Below, piece by piece: positions 46,150-57,102 of a DNA stretch of 64,000 nucleotides. A program made the translations under genes and the position numbers. The notes under the pieces are model-generated. The model saw only the letters and a list, made by a program, of their open reading frames with translations. It made no database searches and had not been told where the DNA came from. The stretch's first letter is position 1. The number at the start of each line of letters is the position of its first letter. The DNA comes from a virus, in the IMG/VR virus record IMGVR_UViG_3300030451_004287, positions 32,001 to 96,000 of that record; one strand, written 5' to 3'.

Positions 46150-46439
46150 CAATTAATGAATATTATAAGAATTATTTATGGTTACATAAAAATCCTAAGT
46201 GTCGTTTGTTACATTTCTTAGGACAATTAGCCACTATTATTTTTATTGCATATACAGTAATGAATTTTTACTGGTTTTTATTTCCTTTAATACCATTTAT
46301 AGTTTATCCCTTTGCATGGTCTGGTCACTATATATTTGAGCAAAATGAACCAGCAGCGTTTAAAAATCCTCTTTACGCTAAAATATCTGACATTATTATG
46401 TTTAAAGATATACTATTAGGGAGACTTTCTATATGGTAA
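46146..46439 (+). CDS. DUF962 (Mpo1-like) membrane protein
   Basis: YLWLH....R.LHFLG...YPFAWSGHYIFEQNEPAAF. Confidence 0.9.
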   Translation: MTINEYYKNYLWLHKNPKCRLLHFLGQLATIIFIAYTVMNFYWFLFPLIPFIVYPFAWSGHYIFEQNEPAAFKNPLYAKISDIIMFKDILLGRLSIW

Positions 46440-47359
46440 AAAATATTTTTATTACTGGTGGTGCTGGATATATTGGATGTGTTCTTGTGCCTAAATTATT
46501 AGAGTCTGGATATAATGTCACTGTATACGATAACTTGATGTATGGTGGTGAAGGATTGATTACAAACTTTGCTAATCCGTCATTTACTTTTATAAAAGGT
46601 GATATTAGAGATAAAGATCTTTTAAAAGAATCTATAAAAGGTCATGACATAGTAATACATTTAGCTGCTATAGTAGGCTATACAGCATGTAGAAAAGATG
46701 AACGGCTAACTCATGAGATAAACCATCAAGGCACTAAAAATGTAATTGAATGTTTAGATGGTCAGTTTTTATTATACGGATCAACTGGATCTAACTATGG
46801 TTCAATAGAAGGTGTCTGCACAGAAGAAAGCCCTTTAAATCCTTTAAGTCTATATGGCGTGACTAAAACAGCAGGAGAACAGGAAGTAGTTAAATATCCG
46901 AATAGTACAGCATTTAGATTTGCTACTGCATTTGGATCTAGTCCAAGATTACGTTTAGATTTACTTGTTAATGATTTAGCGTACTCAGCTTTTATACAAA
47001 ACTACATAGCTGTATATGAATCGCATTTTATGAGAACTTTTATTCATGTAACAGATATTGCTGAAGTATTTAAATTTGCTATTGAAAATCAAGATAAGAT
47101 GAAAGGTCAAGTATATAATGTTGGATCTAATAGTATGAATTATTCTAAAAAAGATATTTGCGAAAAAATAAAAGACAAGTCTGGTTGTTATGTTCACTAT
47201 GCTGATTTTGATAATGATGCAGATAAAAGGGATTATGTCGTTTCGTATGATAAAATAAATAGTCTAGGTTACGATACTAAAATAGGAATTGATAAGGGTA
47301 TAGATGAACTTTTTAAGGTATTTAAAATAATATCGACACAGAACAAGTATAGAAATTAA
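46433..47359 (+). CDS. NAD-dependent epimerase/dehydratase
   Basis: TGGAGYIG, HLAAIVG, YGVTK, RFATAFG.SPRLRLDL. Confidence 0.9.
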   Translation: MVKNIFITGGAGYIGCVLVPKLLESGYNVTVYDNLMYGGEGLITNFANPSFTFIKGDIRDKDLLKESIKGHDIVIHLAAIVGYTACRKDERLTHEINHQGTKNVIECLDGQFLLYGSTGSNYGSIEGVCTEESPLNPLSLYGVTKTAGEQEVVKYPNSTAFRFATAFGSSPRLRLDLLVNDLAYSAFIQNYIAVYESHFMRTFIHVTDIAEVFKFAIENQDKMKGQVYNVGSNSMNYSKKDICEKIKDKSGCYVHYADFDNDADKRDYVVSYDKINSLGYDTKIGIDKGIDELFKVFKIISTQNKYRN

Positions 47360-48220
47360 ATGAATAATAAAGACTATTTTCGTGAGAATCTTAAACTAAT
47401 AGAAATAGAGACCTTCTCTTACTGCAACAGGAAGTGTTGGTTTTGTCCTAATTCTGTAGTAGATAGGTTGTCAGAAAATCATATAATGCCTGAAGAAGTA
47501 TATTTAGATTTAATACAACAATTACAAGAGATAGATTTTGCTGGAGAGTTAACATATAGTCGTTATAATGAACCTTTATCTCAACGAGAACTAATAGTAA
47601 AAAGAATTAAACAGGCTAGAACTTTATTACCAAATGCTATTTTAAGAACAAACACAAATGGAGATTATATTACTAGAGATTATATTGAAGAGTTATGTGA
47701 CGCAGGCTTAAACCAATTATGGATACAGCAATACTTAGGTAATAATGAACAGTATGATCATGAAAAAATGCGTGAAAGAGCAGAGCGTAAAATTGATAAG
47801 TTAGGATTACCTGCTAAAATTATTACAGATATTACAGACTGTAAATTAGAATATGACTTGTCATGGAATAATATGACAATTCACATTCGATCAAGAAATT
47901 TTGCAAAAGATGGTTCTAGTAGAGGAGAGGTAGTAGAGATAGCTTCAGACTATACTAGAACACAAAGATGTTTACAAGTCTCTAATAATATGTATATAGA
48001 TTATAACGGCAGTGTTATGGTTTGCTGTGCTTTAAGATCAGATGTTGTTGGACAAGAAGACGGAATAATGGGACATATAAAAGATGGTAAGCTATGGGAT
48101 ATTTGGATGAACGATAAATATAAACCTTGGAGAGATCACCATAAAACTGATGGACCCAAAAAAGGTTTTTGTAAATCGTGCCGTGACAGCATAGAACCAG
48201 AATACATGAAAGAGAATTGA
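47360..48220 (+). CDS. Radical SAM protein with SPASM/twitch domain
   Basis: CNRKCWFC, YNEPL, TNGD, C-terminal C...IDYNGSVMVCC...CKSC. Confidence 0.9.
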   Translation: MNNKDYFRENLKLIEIETFSYCNRKCWFCPNSVVDRLSENHIMPEEVYLDLIQQLQEIDFAGELTYSRYNEPLSQRELIVKRIKQARTLLPNAILRTNTNGDYITRDYIEELCDAGLNQLWIQQYLGNNEQYDHEKMRERAERKIDKLGLPAKIITDITDCKLEYDLSWNNMTIHIRSRNFAKDGSSRGEVVEIASDYTRTQRCLQVSNNMYIDYNGSVMVCCALRSDVVGQEDGIMGHIKDGKLWDIWMNDKYKPWRDHHKTDGPKKGFCKSCRDSIEPEYMKEN

Positions 48221-49023
48221 TGAAAGTAGCAGTAGTAATAACAGGGCAACTAAGAGACTATAAAATTAATTGCCAAAATCATATTGAGCATCTTATAAAA
48301 CCAAACAACGCAGATGTTTTTGTGTATGCTTCTACAAAAAATACTATCCATACCACTAGCTCTGGTAATCAATTAACTCAAAAATATATATTAACTAATG
48401 AGTATTCTAGTGAAGAAATAGTAGATGGCATTAACCAAACTTACGGTTCATATGTAAAAAATATAGTTATAGATACTGAAGAAAAATTACCTGATAATAA
48501 CTTTGGAACTATTGCATATTTTAGACAAAGAATGCAAAATCAAATAGATAATGTAGGCAAGGGTTTCAATATAGCTAAAAAATATTCACTAGACAATAAT
48601 TTTAAATACGATGTTATTGTTAGGTGTCGTCCAGATAATTCTATGTTTCCAAAAGCAGTATCCTTAGATAAGTTTGATTTTCCAGATAATAGGATATATA
48701 GTACTGTATTTATGCCATCTGGACATAGAGATTTATGTTTTTTCGCTGCGGGTAATCCTGTAGCATTTGAAAAATATTGTTCTTTTAAGTATTTGGAAAA
48801 TGTGGATGGTAATAGCACAGATGGTAGTTTAGCTGGTAGCACTGAATATATGTGGGCAGACTATTTACATAGTATAGGTGTTGATACCTTTTTCATAGAA
48901 AACGTATGTAGACCATTTACTGGGTTTGATAAAACTTTACCCGTTACAGATTTCCCTTTTAGAAATAAAAATGAATTATTAATAGATTCAAATGGTAATT
49001 TTGTAAAGCAGGTTGAACCGTGA
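48220..49023 (+). CDS. Glycan-cluster hypothetical protein (GT-like)
   Basis: VAVVITGQLR...YDVIVRCRPD pattern common in phage glycan islands. Confidence 0.65.
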   Translation: MKVAVVITGQLRDYKINCQNHIEHLIKPNNADVFVYASTKNTIHTTSSGNQLTQKYILTNEYSSEEIVDGINQTYGSYVKNIVIDTEEKLPDNNFGTIAYFRQRMQNQIDNVGKGFNIAKKYSLDNNFKYDVIVRCRPDNSMFPKAVSLDKFDFPDNRIYSTVFMPSGHRDLCFFAAGNPVAFEKYCSFKYLENVDGNSTDGSLAGSTEYMWADYLHSIGVDTFFIENVCRPFTGFDKTLPVTDFPFRNKNELLIDSNGNFVKQVEP

Positions 49024-49751
49024 ATGTTAAGGCAGTTTATATACACATTCCCAAAACTGGGGGTACAAGTTTTAAAAAAGTTTTTGAACCTTTTATAAAC
49101 GATCATATTGTAACTGAACAAAGCAAGATTATAAAATATCAAAAAAATTACTATAGAAATGAGTTGTCAGTTATAAATTTTGAGATATCTAATGCTTTAA
49201 GAAATAAAGAAGCATTAGGAGATGAAGTTTGGAAAAATGCTTTTAAGTTTACTCTTGTTAGAAATCCATGGGATAGATATGTGTCAAATTGGAAATGGTT
49301 AACCAGAAAAGAGCGTTTATTTCCCAAGAAAGGATGGCACGCAAGAGGATGGCAAGGCATGGACGGACAAATAACATTTGAAAATTTTGTTAAACAAATA
49401 CAAGCTTGTTATTATGAGTTAACACCTTGGCACTTGTATTGGCATGATAAGTGGCACATAAGAAATCAAATCGAACATATTGTAGATAATAACGACAATA
49501 TTATCGTTGATTATATAGGAAGATTTGAAAATATAGAAAATGAATACAGTTTTATTCGTAAAAAAATTGGATTAGATAATTTAGAACTGCCGCACTTAAA
49601 TCATGATGGTCATTATTCTGGTGAGGAAAAAACACACGATGTTAAGAAAATACATTACTCAAATTATTACAACGATGAATTAATAGATATTGTTTACGAA
49701 AGATGCAAACAAGACATATTAACATTTAACTATGATTTTGAAAGGCAATAG
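49020..49751 (+). CDS. Sulfotransferase family 2
   Basis: HIPKTGGTS, VRNPWDRYVS, GRFENI, LPHLN. Confidence 0.9.
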   Translation: MNVKAVYIHIPKTGGTSFKKVFEPFINDHIVTEQSKIIKYQKNYYRNELSVINFEISNALRNKEALGDEVWKNAFKFTLVRNPWDRYVSNWKWLTRKERLFPKKGWHARGWQGMDGQITFENFVKQIQACYYELTPWHLYWHDKWHIRNQIEHIVDNNDNIIVDYIGRFENIENEYSFIRKKIGLDNLELPHLNHDGHYSGEEKTHDVKKIHYSNYYNDELIDIVYERCKQDILTFNYDFERQ

Positions 49752-49754
49752 AAT

Positions 49755-50351
49755 ATGCACGTTACAGAAAAGAAAGTTGCTATACTAAAGAGTTTTTTAG
49801 ATAGTAATGTTACGCTAATAGAAACAGGCACGCATTTAGGTTACACAAGCTCTAATTGTAGTCCATTTTGTAAAGCAGTCCACACTTGCGAAATTAATAT
49901 GGGGTTCGCTAGGCAAGCCGAAAATACTTTCAAGAATTGCCCAAATGTTACTCTACACAAAGAATCGTCGTATGATACTTTACAAAAGATAGCCTCTGGT
50001 GAAATAGCAACGTCTGCTCCATATGTTTTTTGGTTAGATGCGCACATGGGTAATAATGCTGAAGAAGAAAAACAAAAAATACTAGTTAAAGAATTAAATA
50101 TCATAAAAGATCAATTTAAAAAAGAAAATATTAGAGCCTTACTAATTGATGATTCCTGTGGACTTAAACTAGCATCAGAACTTTTGACAGTTCAAGAGTG
50201 CTATGATTTATTATTAGAAATTAATCCAAACTTTAGAATTAGCTCTATATTAAGAGGCGGTCACTATAACGGTCCTACAATCTACGATGCTGATGTTCTT
50301 ATGGCTTATGATGCTGATTTATTTGATATGACTATTAAATTTAGAGAATAA
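49755..50351 (+). CDS. SAM-dependent methyltransferase-like protein
   Basis: IETGTHLG, FWLDAH, LIDD. Confidence 0.75.
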   Translation: MHVTEKKVAILKSFLDSNVTLIETGTHLGYTSSNCSPFCKAVHTCEINMGFARQAENTFKNCPNVTLHKESSYDTLQKIASGEIATSAPYVFWLDAHMGNNAEEEKQKILVKELNIIKDQFKKENIRALLIDDSCGLKLASELLTVQECYDLLLEINPNFRISSILRGGHYNGPTIYDADVLMAYDADLFDMTIKFRE

Positions 50352-50352
50352 T

Positions 50353-51180
50353 ATGATATACGTTAAATTTACAAATGGTTTTGGAAATAATCTTTTCCAA
50401 TATAATGCAGCTAAAGTTCTAGCTGAAAAGAAAAATACTGAAGTATTAGCGATAGCTCCTACACCAGATTACTATGCTAAAAATTGTTTAGAAAATATAG
50501 GCGTTAAATTTACAGAAAATTTTAACCCAAATAATGCTAGGCAAGTAAATGATGATAATTATTTACAAACATTAAACGGATTATCTTTTGGTGATGATTT
50601 TGTATTAAACGGATATTTCGAAGATTATAACTTTTATTATGATAAAATAGACTATCTTAAAAGTATTTATCCTAAAGTAAAAAATACTAATCATAATGAT
50701 TTAGTATTACATTTTCGAACTGGCGATAGATTATTTATGAAAAATGAATTTTACACTAAACCCAAAGTGCAAAATTATCTTAATGCTATGAGTCAATTTA
50801 ATTTCAATCGTTTATATATAGTCACAGATATGCCTAAATGGGGTCATGTCACTGCTGAAGAACTATCTAACATGAAATTCCATTTACATGTACCTGAAAA
50901 CGATAGGGTTGATATTAATGAATCTGTTGACTACTTTAATAGTTTTATAGATGGTTTTTCTCAATTCGAGCCTATAATAGAGAATAGGTCTATCTATGAA
51001 GATTTCAACTTTATACGATCTTTCAAAAATATACTATTTGAACATGGCACATTAGGTTGGTGGGCATCAGTATTAAGTGAAGCCACAAGAGTTGGTGTGT
51101 ATGGTCCGTGGAGATCATGGAAAAAGAATAACAAAAATTTATCTAGTATACCATTAAAAGGATGGTTTAAGTGGGGTTAA
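50353..51180 (+). CDS. Alpha-1,2-fucosyltransferase (GT11-like)
   Basis: GFGNNLFQY, GYFE, LHFRTGD, TLGWWAS. Confidence 0.85.
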   Translation: MIYVKFTNGFGNNLFQYNAAKVLAEKKNTEVLAIAPTPDYYAKNCLENIGVKFTENFNPNNARQVNDDNYLQTLNGLSFGDDFVLNGYFEDYNFYYDKIDYLKSIYPKVKNTNHNDLVLHFRTGDRLFMKNEFYTKPKVQNYLNAMSQFNFNRLYIVTDMPKWGHVTAEELSNMKFHLHVPENDRVDINESVDYFNSFIDGFSQFEPIIENRSIYEDFNFIRSFKNILFEHGTLGWWASVLSEATRVGVYGPWRSWKKNNKNLSSIPLKGWFKWG

Positions 51181-51184
51181 TTAT

Positions 51185-52171
51185 ATGAAAACAGCATTAG
51201 TTTGTGGAGCCGGTGGATTTATTGGTTCTCATTTAGTTAAACGATTAAAGTCAGAAGGATTCTGGGTTAGAGGCATTGATTTAAAATATCCAGAATTTTC
51301 TGACAGTCACGCTGATGATTTTATTTTAGGCGACTTAAGAGAATTTGATGTAGTAGAAAATTGTTTAACCGATCCTACTCAAAAAACCGGAGGATTTGAT
51401 GAAGTTTATCAGTTAGCTGCTGATATGGGAGGTGCTGGATATATTTTTACAGGGGAAAATGATGCAAATATAATGCACAACTCTGCTCAAATAAATTTAA
51501 ATGTTTGTAGTTTAGCAGTTCGTAAAAAAGTTAAAAGTATTTTTTATAGCAGTAGTGCGTGTATGTACCCATCGTATAATCAGCAAGATACTGAAAATCC
51601 TAAATGTAGCGAAGATTCTGCTTACCCTGCTGATCCAGATAGTGAATATGGATGGGAAAAACTTTTTAGTGAAAGACTATATTTAGCATTTCACAAAAAC
51701 TATAATTTAAATGTACATATCGCTAGATATCATAATATTTTTGGGCCTGAAGGAACATGGGATGGTGGTAGAGAAAAAGCTCCCGCAGCGTTATGTAGAA
51801 AAGTAATTAGAGCAAAAGAAGGTGATACAATCGAAATTTGGGGAACAGGTAAGCAGACTAGATCATTTTTATATATTGATGAATGCGTTGAAGGTACGAC
51901 CAGATTAATGAGATCAAACTTTTCTGGACCGGTAAATATAGGTTCTGAAGAAATGGTTAGTATAAATGGTTTTGCAGAAAGTATAATTAAACTGTCTGGT
52001 AAAAATGTAGATTATAAAAACGTAGATGGACCTGTAGGTGTTAATGGTAGAAATTCTGATAATGCTTTAATTCAAGAAAAACTACATTGGCAACCGTCCA
52101 TGAAACTGTATGATGGTTTAGAAAAAACTTACGCATGGATTCAACAGCAAGTGGAGAAAGAAAATGGCTAG
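51185..52171 (+). CDS. GDP-mannose 3,5-epimerase-like protein
   Basis: GAGGFIGSH, LAADMGGAGYI, SSSACMYP, YGWEKL, GGREKAPAALCRK, GVNGRNSDN. Confidence 0.9.
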   Translation: MKTALVCGAGGFIGSHLVKRLKSEGFWVRGIDLKYPEFSDSHADDFILGDLREFDVVENCLTDPTQKTGGFDEVYQLAADMGGAGYIFTGENDANIMHNSAQINLNVCSLAVRKKVKSIFYSSSACMYPSYNQQDTENPKCSEDSAYPADPDSEYGWEKLFSERLYLAFHKNYNLNVHIARYHNIFGPEGTWDGGREKAPAALCRKVIRAKEGDTIEIWGTGKQTRSFLYIDECVEGTTRLMRSNFSGPVNIGSEEMVSINGFAESIIKLSGKNVDYKNVDGPVGVNGRNSDNALIQEKLHWQPSMKLYDGLEKTYAWIQQQVEKENG

Positions 52172-53012
52172 ATGTATTGTAACAGGTCACAAAGGTTATA
52201 TTGGTTCACATCTGTATAATAAACTTCAAAGTTTAGCTCATGATGTTATTGGTATAGATTATACTGGTAAGAATGGCATAAACCTACTTTCAAACCCAAC
52301 TTATACACACACTCTTGCAAATCAAAAAATAGACTATATTTTCCATCTTGCTTGTATACCTCGTGTTGGTTATAGTGTTGAAAACCCAGTACAAACTATG
52401 TATAACAATGTAATAAGCACTTCTAAACTGTTAAATTTTGCTCGTCAAGCTGATTGTAAAAGATTAATATATGCTGGATCATCATCTGTAGTTGGTAATG
52501 GAGATGGTCCTTCTAGTCCTTACGGTCTGCAAAAACTAGTTTCAGAAATGGAATGTAAACTGTATTCAGATTTATATGGTCTAGATACTGTTACTCTAAG
52601 ATACTTCAATGTATACTCAAAAGACCAAGTTCCAACAAGCCCATACGCTACAGCAATTTGTAATTGGATGGAGTGCATTAGAGAAGGAACTAAACCATAT
52701 ATTACTGGTAGTGGTGAACAAAGACGAGATATGGCATATGTAGATGATATTGTAGATGCTAACATAGCAGCTATGGAATATGATGGTAAATTTAATGGTC
52801 AACATTTTGATATTGGTACAGGTTCTAATATTTCTCTAAATGAAATTAAAGACATTGTTTTACAGTATCATGATATTGAATTTGATTATGTTGAAGAAAG
52901 AAAAGGTGATGTGTTTATGACAAAAGCAAATATAGAACCTTTTAAACAATACGGATGGTCACCTAAAGTAGATTTACAAGAGGGCATGCGTAGATGCTTC
53001 CAGAAGAAGTAA
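52164..53012 (+). CDS. NAD-dependent nucleotide-sugar epimerase
   Basis: TGHKGYIG, SPYGLQK, LRYFNVY, GEQRRD. Confidence 0.9.
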   Translation: MARCIVTGHKGYIGSHLYNKLQSLAHDVIGIDYTGKNGINLLSNPTYTHTLANQKIDYIFHLACIPRVGYSVENPVQTMYNNVISTSKLLNFARQADCKRLIYAGSSSVVGNGDGPSSPYGLQKLVSEMECKLYSDLYGLDTVTLRYFNVYSKDQVPTSPYATAICNWMECIREGTKPYITGSGEQRRDMAYVDDIVDANIAAMEYDGKFNGQHFDIGTGSNISLNEIKDIVLQYHDIEFDYVEERKGDVFMTKANIEPFKQYGWSPKVDLQEGMRRCFQKK

Positions 53013-54193
53013 TTGATAAATACATAAACAATAAGTGTGACATAAAAACTTTAAGATATTATTTTTTAGAATTTGACTATCATAAAAATATTCTAGATCG
53101 AATTACAGTACAAAAGCTGTTAATGATACTGGCTGCCAATAATTCAAATATTGTATATAACTTTATATTACAAATATATTCTGATATATATGATTTATCA
53201 AACTTTGAACAATTAAATATTTTCAAATACGAACCACCTAATCATTTACAAAATTTGATTAATTGTTATGGGAAAAATTTTAGTGGAGGTATTGGTGACT
53301 TTTTAAAAGGTTCAACATACCTATATGAAAAATTAAAAAACACAAACATTAAATTTAGTATTGATTTTTCTAAACATCCTTTAGGTAAATTTATTAAAGG
53401 TAATTGTAACATAGATTATGATGAAGATAAAATTATAGATATAGAAAAAGAGTGTAACGCTAATGATGATGGTAGTCCGTGGTCTATAAGATTAAATAAA
53501 ATAATTGCTAATACTATAAATGACACGCAAGAGAATAATCTATATATTAGTTCCTTCTTTTCTGAAGCATTTTTGGTTCCTAACTATCAAAAAAATGCAA
53601 CCCTATATCTAGATCATTATACCATTTCTGAGTCGTGTAGTAGTTTTTTTAGAAATAATATTAAATTTGATGAGTCTGTAGAAGACCTATTTAAATCTAT
53701 AGACATACAAGATTATGAAGTATTGCATTTTCGTCTTGGTGATAGAAAGATTTTAAGTAATCTTGACGAAGAGATAAAAAACTTCCCTACTAACATACAA
53801 CAAAGTAAAAACTATAAAGTTTTCGATCATGACTACAACTATTATTATATGCTTACCTTGCAACACTTAAAAAATAGCAAGTGTAAAAATTTAATTATTA
53901 TGTCAGATTGTAATGATTTTAAGTCGTATATTACAAAAATAAACCATCACAAAAATATACATATGCTACATACTCAAAGTTGTCATACGTCTTACAACCC
54001 ATCTACATTATATTTAGCTGGTTTCAAAAATGTAGATATAGAGAATCACAAATTAATGTATACAGCTTTAGATACTAAGATATTATCACAAAGTAAAGCT
54101 AATACATCTTATAGTGTTTATGATTGGGGGTCTGGTTTTGTTTACTGGATTAGTAAAATTTTTAATGTGCCCTGTAGGATTAATGCATTATGA
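52994..54193 (+). CDS. Fucosyltransferase-like (GT-B, HxRxGD) protein
   Basis: GGIGDFLKG, LHFRLGD, IMSD, WGSGF. Confidence 0.65.
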   Translation: MLPEEVIDKYINNKCDIKTLRYYFLEFDYHKNILDRITVQKLLMILAANNSNIVYNFILQIYSDIYDLSNFEQLNIFKYEPPNHLQNLINCYGKNFSGGIGDFLKGSTYLYEKLKNTNIKFSIDFSKHPLGKFIKGNCNIDYDEDKIIDIEKECNANDDGSPWSIRLNKIIANTINDTQENNLYISSFFSEAFLVPNYQKNATLYLDHYTISESCSSFFRNNIKFDESVEDLFKSIDIQDYEVLHFRLGDRKILSNLDEEIKNFPTNIQQSKNYKVFDHDYNYYYMLTLQHLKNSKCKNLIIMSDCNDFKSYITKINHHKNIHMLHTQSCHTSYNPSTLYLAGFKNVDIENHKLMYTALDTKILSQSKANTSYSVYDWGSGFVYWISKIFNVPCRINAL

Positions 54194-55872
54194 GTTTCGA
54201 TATATATGAATTTATAAAAAAAGATTTGAATGACATATCTATAGATGATTTTTATTCAAAGTATGATGTTCCAAAAGAATTTGATCATGAGTTTTACAAT
54301 GATAACTATGAAGGTCTTCAAGATTTTTATCAACCATACTGCAAAGTAAAGGGTTTTTCTGAGAGACAAAGATTATTTTTCCATTGGTGTTTGTATGGTT
54401 CTAAGTTTGGATGGCGAGCATGTCCTAACGTAGAGTTAAAAAAAGATTTTGATCCTGAAATTATTAATGAAAATATATCTGTCGTAGTAGGATGCAAGAA
54501 CAGAGAAGATATGTTAAGTATTAGCGTTATGTCTTGGATTCTAAAACCGCAAATTAAAGAAATCATAATTGTAGACTGGTCTTCATCAAAAAATTTAAAA
54601 TACTTTGAAGATATTGATCCAAAAATTAGAGTTATAAGAGTAGAAGGAGAGCAATTTTATAATGCAAGCAAGCCTATTAATATGGCAATTAAAGAAGCTA
54701 AGTATGAAAAAATATTAAAGATGGATGTTGATTATATCATAAACCCTTACTGTCCATTAGAAAGTCTAGTTGATATACGAGAAGGTGAGTTTGTTGCTGG
54801 AAACTACCGTCAATTTTACATAGATAATGATTTAGGGTTCTTGCGTAACCTTAATGGGGTTATATGTTGTCACAGAAAATTTTTCCTTAAAGCTGGATTG
54901 TATAATGAAGACATTGATAATTATGGTAGAGAAGACTGCGAGATGTTTGAAAAACTAGAAGGCATTGGTGTTAAAAGAAAAGATATTGAGTTTTATCATA
55001 ATCAAGTTCCAATATATCATAACCCTCACAACCATAAAGTTAGAGGTATGAACAGACAAGATAAGGATACTAATAAGACTCTTTTGTACTTTAATAAAAA
55101 ATTCGGTCTGTCTAAATTTGAATTAGTTATTAATCTACATAGAGATCCAGTTCAGGCTAGAACTGAAGAATTAATTGAATGTTTAAGATTAAACTTACAA
55201 AATAAATATATAGATCGTATACATGTATTTCTAGAAAACTACGATAATTTTCCAGAATTCTATAAAATTAAAGAACAAAATGAAGATAAAATAAAAGTTA
55301 TAAACACTGATAATAGAATGTCTTTTAAAAAGATTTTTGCATACACTAACAAAAACATTTTGAATACACAGTGTATCGTAGCAAATAGTGACATTCTTTT
55401 TAACGATGACTTAGCAAAAATAAGAGGACTCAGACCTAGAGACATGATTGCTCTTACAAGACATGAAGGTAAAAATTTACTAAAAAATAGACATAGAAAT
55501 GCTTATTGTTCTCAAGACGCTTGGATATTTAGATCTCCTATGTTAGATGATTTTCCAGAATTAGATGACGATATAATTATAGGAACTTTTTATTCTGATG
55601 TTGTTTTAAACTATTTAATTTCTAAATCTGAACAGTACACAGCTTGGAATATATGTCACGATATAATAATACAACACTGTCATAAAACTACCAAGCACGA
55701 CCATAACACTAAGAGCAGAGAAGAAAATATTAGAAAATATAGATATTTTTGCTGTAAATTTAAAGACGACAATTTTGATAAACACTTAGCCGCTACAACT
55801 TTAGAAGATTATTATTTACACAGACATCCAAATAAATTTTTAAGTAGTTCTGAATATGATAATATGTACTAA
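54190..55872 (+). CDS. Multi-domain glycosyltransferase (GT2/GT7-like plus second GT-A-like domain)
   Basis: CKNRE, IVDWSS, KMDVD, YNE....YGREDCE; second domain ANSDI, ALTR, SQDAWIF. Confidence 0.8.
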   Translation: MSFDIYEFIKKDLNDISIDDFYSKYDVPKEFDHEFYNDNYEGLQDFYQPYCKVKGFSERQRLFFHWCLYGSKFGWRACPNVELKKDFDPEIINENISVVVGCKNREDMLSISVMSWILKPQIKEIIIVDWSSSKNLKYFEDIDPKIRVIRVEGEQFYNASKPINMAIKEAKYEKILKMDVDYIINPYCPLESLVDIREGEFVAGNYRQFYIDNDLGFLRNLNGVICCHRKFFLKAGLYNEDIDNYGREDCEMFEKLEGIGVKRKDIEFYHNQVPIYHNPHNHKVRGMNRQDKDTNKTLLYFNKKFGLSKFELVINLHRDPVQARTEELIECLRLNLQNKYIDRIHVFLENYDNFPEFYKIKEQNEDKIKVINTDNRMSFKKIFAYTNKNILNTQCIVANSDILFNDDLAKIRGLRPRDMIALTRHEGKNLLKNRHRNAYCSQDAWIFRSPMLDDFPELDDDIIIGTFYSDVVLNYLISKSEQYTAWNICHDIIIQHCHKTTKHDHNTKSREENIRKYRYFCCKFKDDNFDKHLAATTLEDYYLHRHPNKFLSSSEYDNMY

Positions 55873-56542
55873 GCATAAAATTATTTATCTTTCTAATTGT
55901 AAATGCGCTAGTAGCACAATCAGAAAATATTTTTGGGAAATAAGAGACCATGAAATTGTAGATGCAATAGAGAAACAAGGTAATGGAAATCCACATATGC
56001 CATACGATAAAGTTGCAAAGTTTCTTACAAAAAATTACGATATAGATATTGATACATTTTTTTTATTTTCTACAATTAGAAATCCTTGGGAAAGGATAGT
56101 AAGTCTTTATAATTATTCTAAACCAGACAAAAACGGAGTGCCTTTTTGGAGTCCAAGATTTGGAATCAAACGCGAAGAAGGTACTAGTTGTAGCTTTGAA
56201 AAGTTTATTTTAAGTGGTTTAGATTACAAACGTAACACCTCTGGATCGTTTGTACATGCGTGTAAAAATGTACGAGATATGTTTGGAAAAGATTATCATA
56301 AATTTAAACTATATAAAAGTGAAGAGTTAGACATAGACAAAATAATGGATGATATAAATGACCCTAGTCTTGAAGCTAAGTTGGGCAGATCAGAATTAAA
56401 AATTGTAGACTCTACGCACTGGCACATGGAAAAAGAAAAAAGAGATAGCGAAAATTACAGAGAATACTATACCGACGAAGTGCGAGATATAATATCAGAT
56501 CATTATAAATTAGATATACAAATAGGAGGATACGAGTTTTGA
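55856..56542 (+). CDS. Sulfotransferase family 2
   Basis: KCASST, IRNPWERIVSLY, YREYY...DI..GGYEF. Confidence 0.85.
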   Translation: MIICTKHKIIYLSNCKCASSTIRKYFWEIRDHEIVDAIEKQGNGNPHMPYDKVAKFLTKNYDIDIDTFFLFSTIRNPWERIVSLYNYSKPDKNGVPFWSPRFGIKREEGTSCSFEKFILSGLDYKRNTSGSFVHACKNVRDMFGKDYHKFKLYKSEELDIDKIMDDINDPSLEAKLGRSELKIVDSTHWHMEKEKRDSENYREYYTDEVRDIISDHYKLDIQIGGYEF

Positions 56543-57102
56543 TAGTATCACACTCTAATAAATTTATTTATCTAAAAAGTTATAAAACAGCCTCTACATC
56601 AGTAGAAATGTTTTTTGAAAGATTCTGTAAAGATTCAGATATTGTAGGGTATAGAGGACCAAATCCTATACCAAAAGATCAAGTTTGGTACAACCATATG
56701 ACTCCATCACAAATAAAAACAAAACTTAATAATAACAATATATGGAATAATTATTTCAAATTTGGTTGTGTAAGAAATCCTTGGGACAGAAAACTGTCTA
56801 GTTATTTCTTTGAAAAAGCTACAGAAACGTTTGAAGAATACTGCATGAATAAAAAATTTAATAATCTTTGTTCTTTTTATAATTTAGATATGGATTATTA
56901 TATACGGTTTGAAAAGTTGCATGAAGATCTACAGGCCGTTTGTGACTTACTCGGTTTACCTTGCGATCTTTCACAGCTGCCTCATGAAAAGAAAACAAAA
57001 CACAAACATTACACAGAATACTACACAGATAAAATGCGTGACAAGATAGCTGAAGACTGCAAGGCTGACATAGACTTTTTTAATTATACGTTTGGTGACT
57101 AA
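56539..57102 (+). CDS. Sulfotransferase family 2
   Basis: KTASTS, VRNPWDRKLS, IRFEKL, HYTEYY. Confidence 0.9.
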   Translation: MIVSHSNKFIYLKSYKTASTSVEMFFERFCKDSDIVGYRGPNPIPKDQVWYNHMTPSQIKTKLNNNNIWNNYFKFGCVRNPWDRKLSSYFFEKATETFEEYCMNKKFNNLCSFYNLDMDYYIRFEKLHEDLQAVCDLLGLPCDLSQLPHEKKTKHKHYTEYYTDKMRDKIAEDCKADIDFFNYTFGD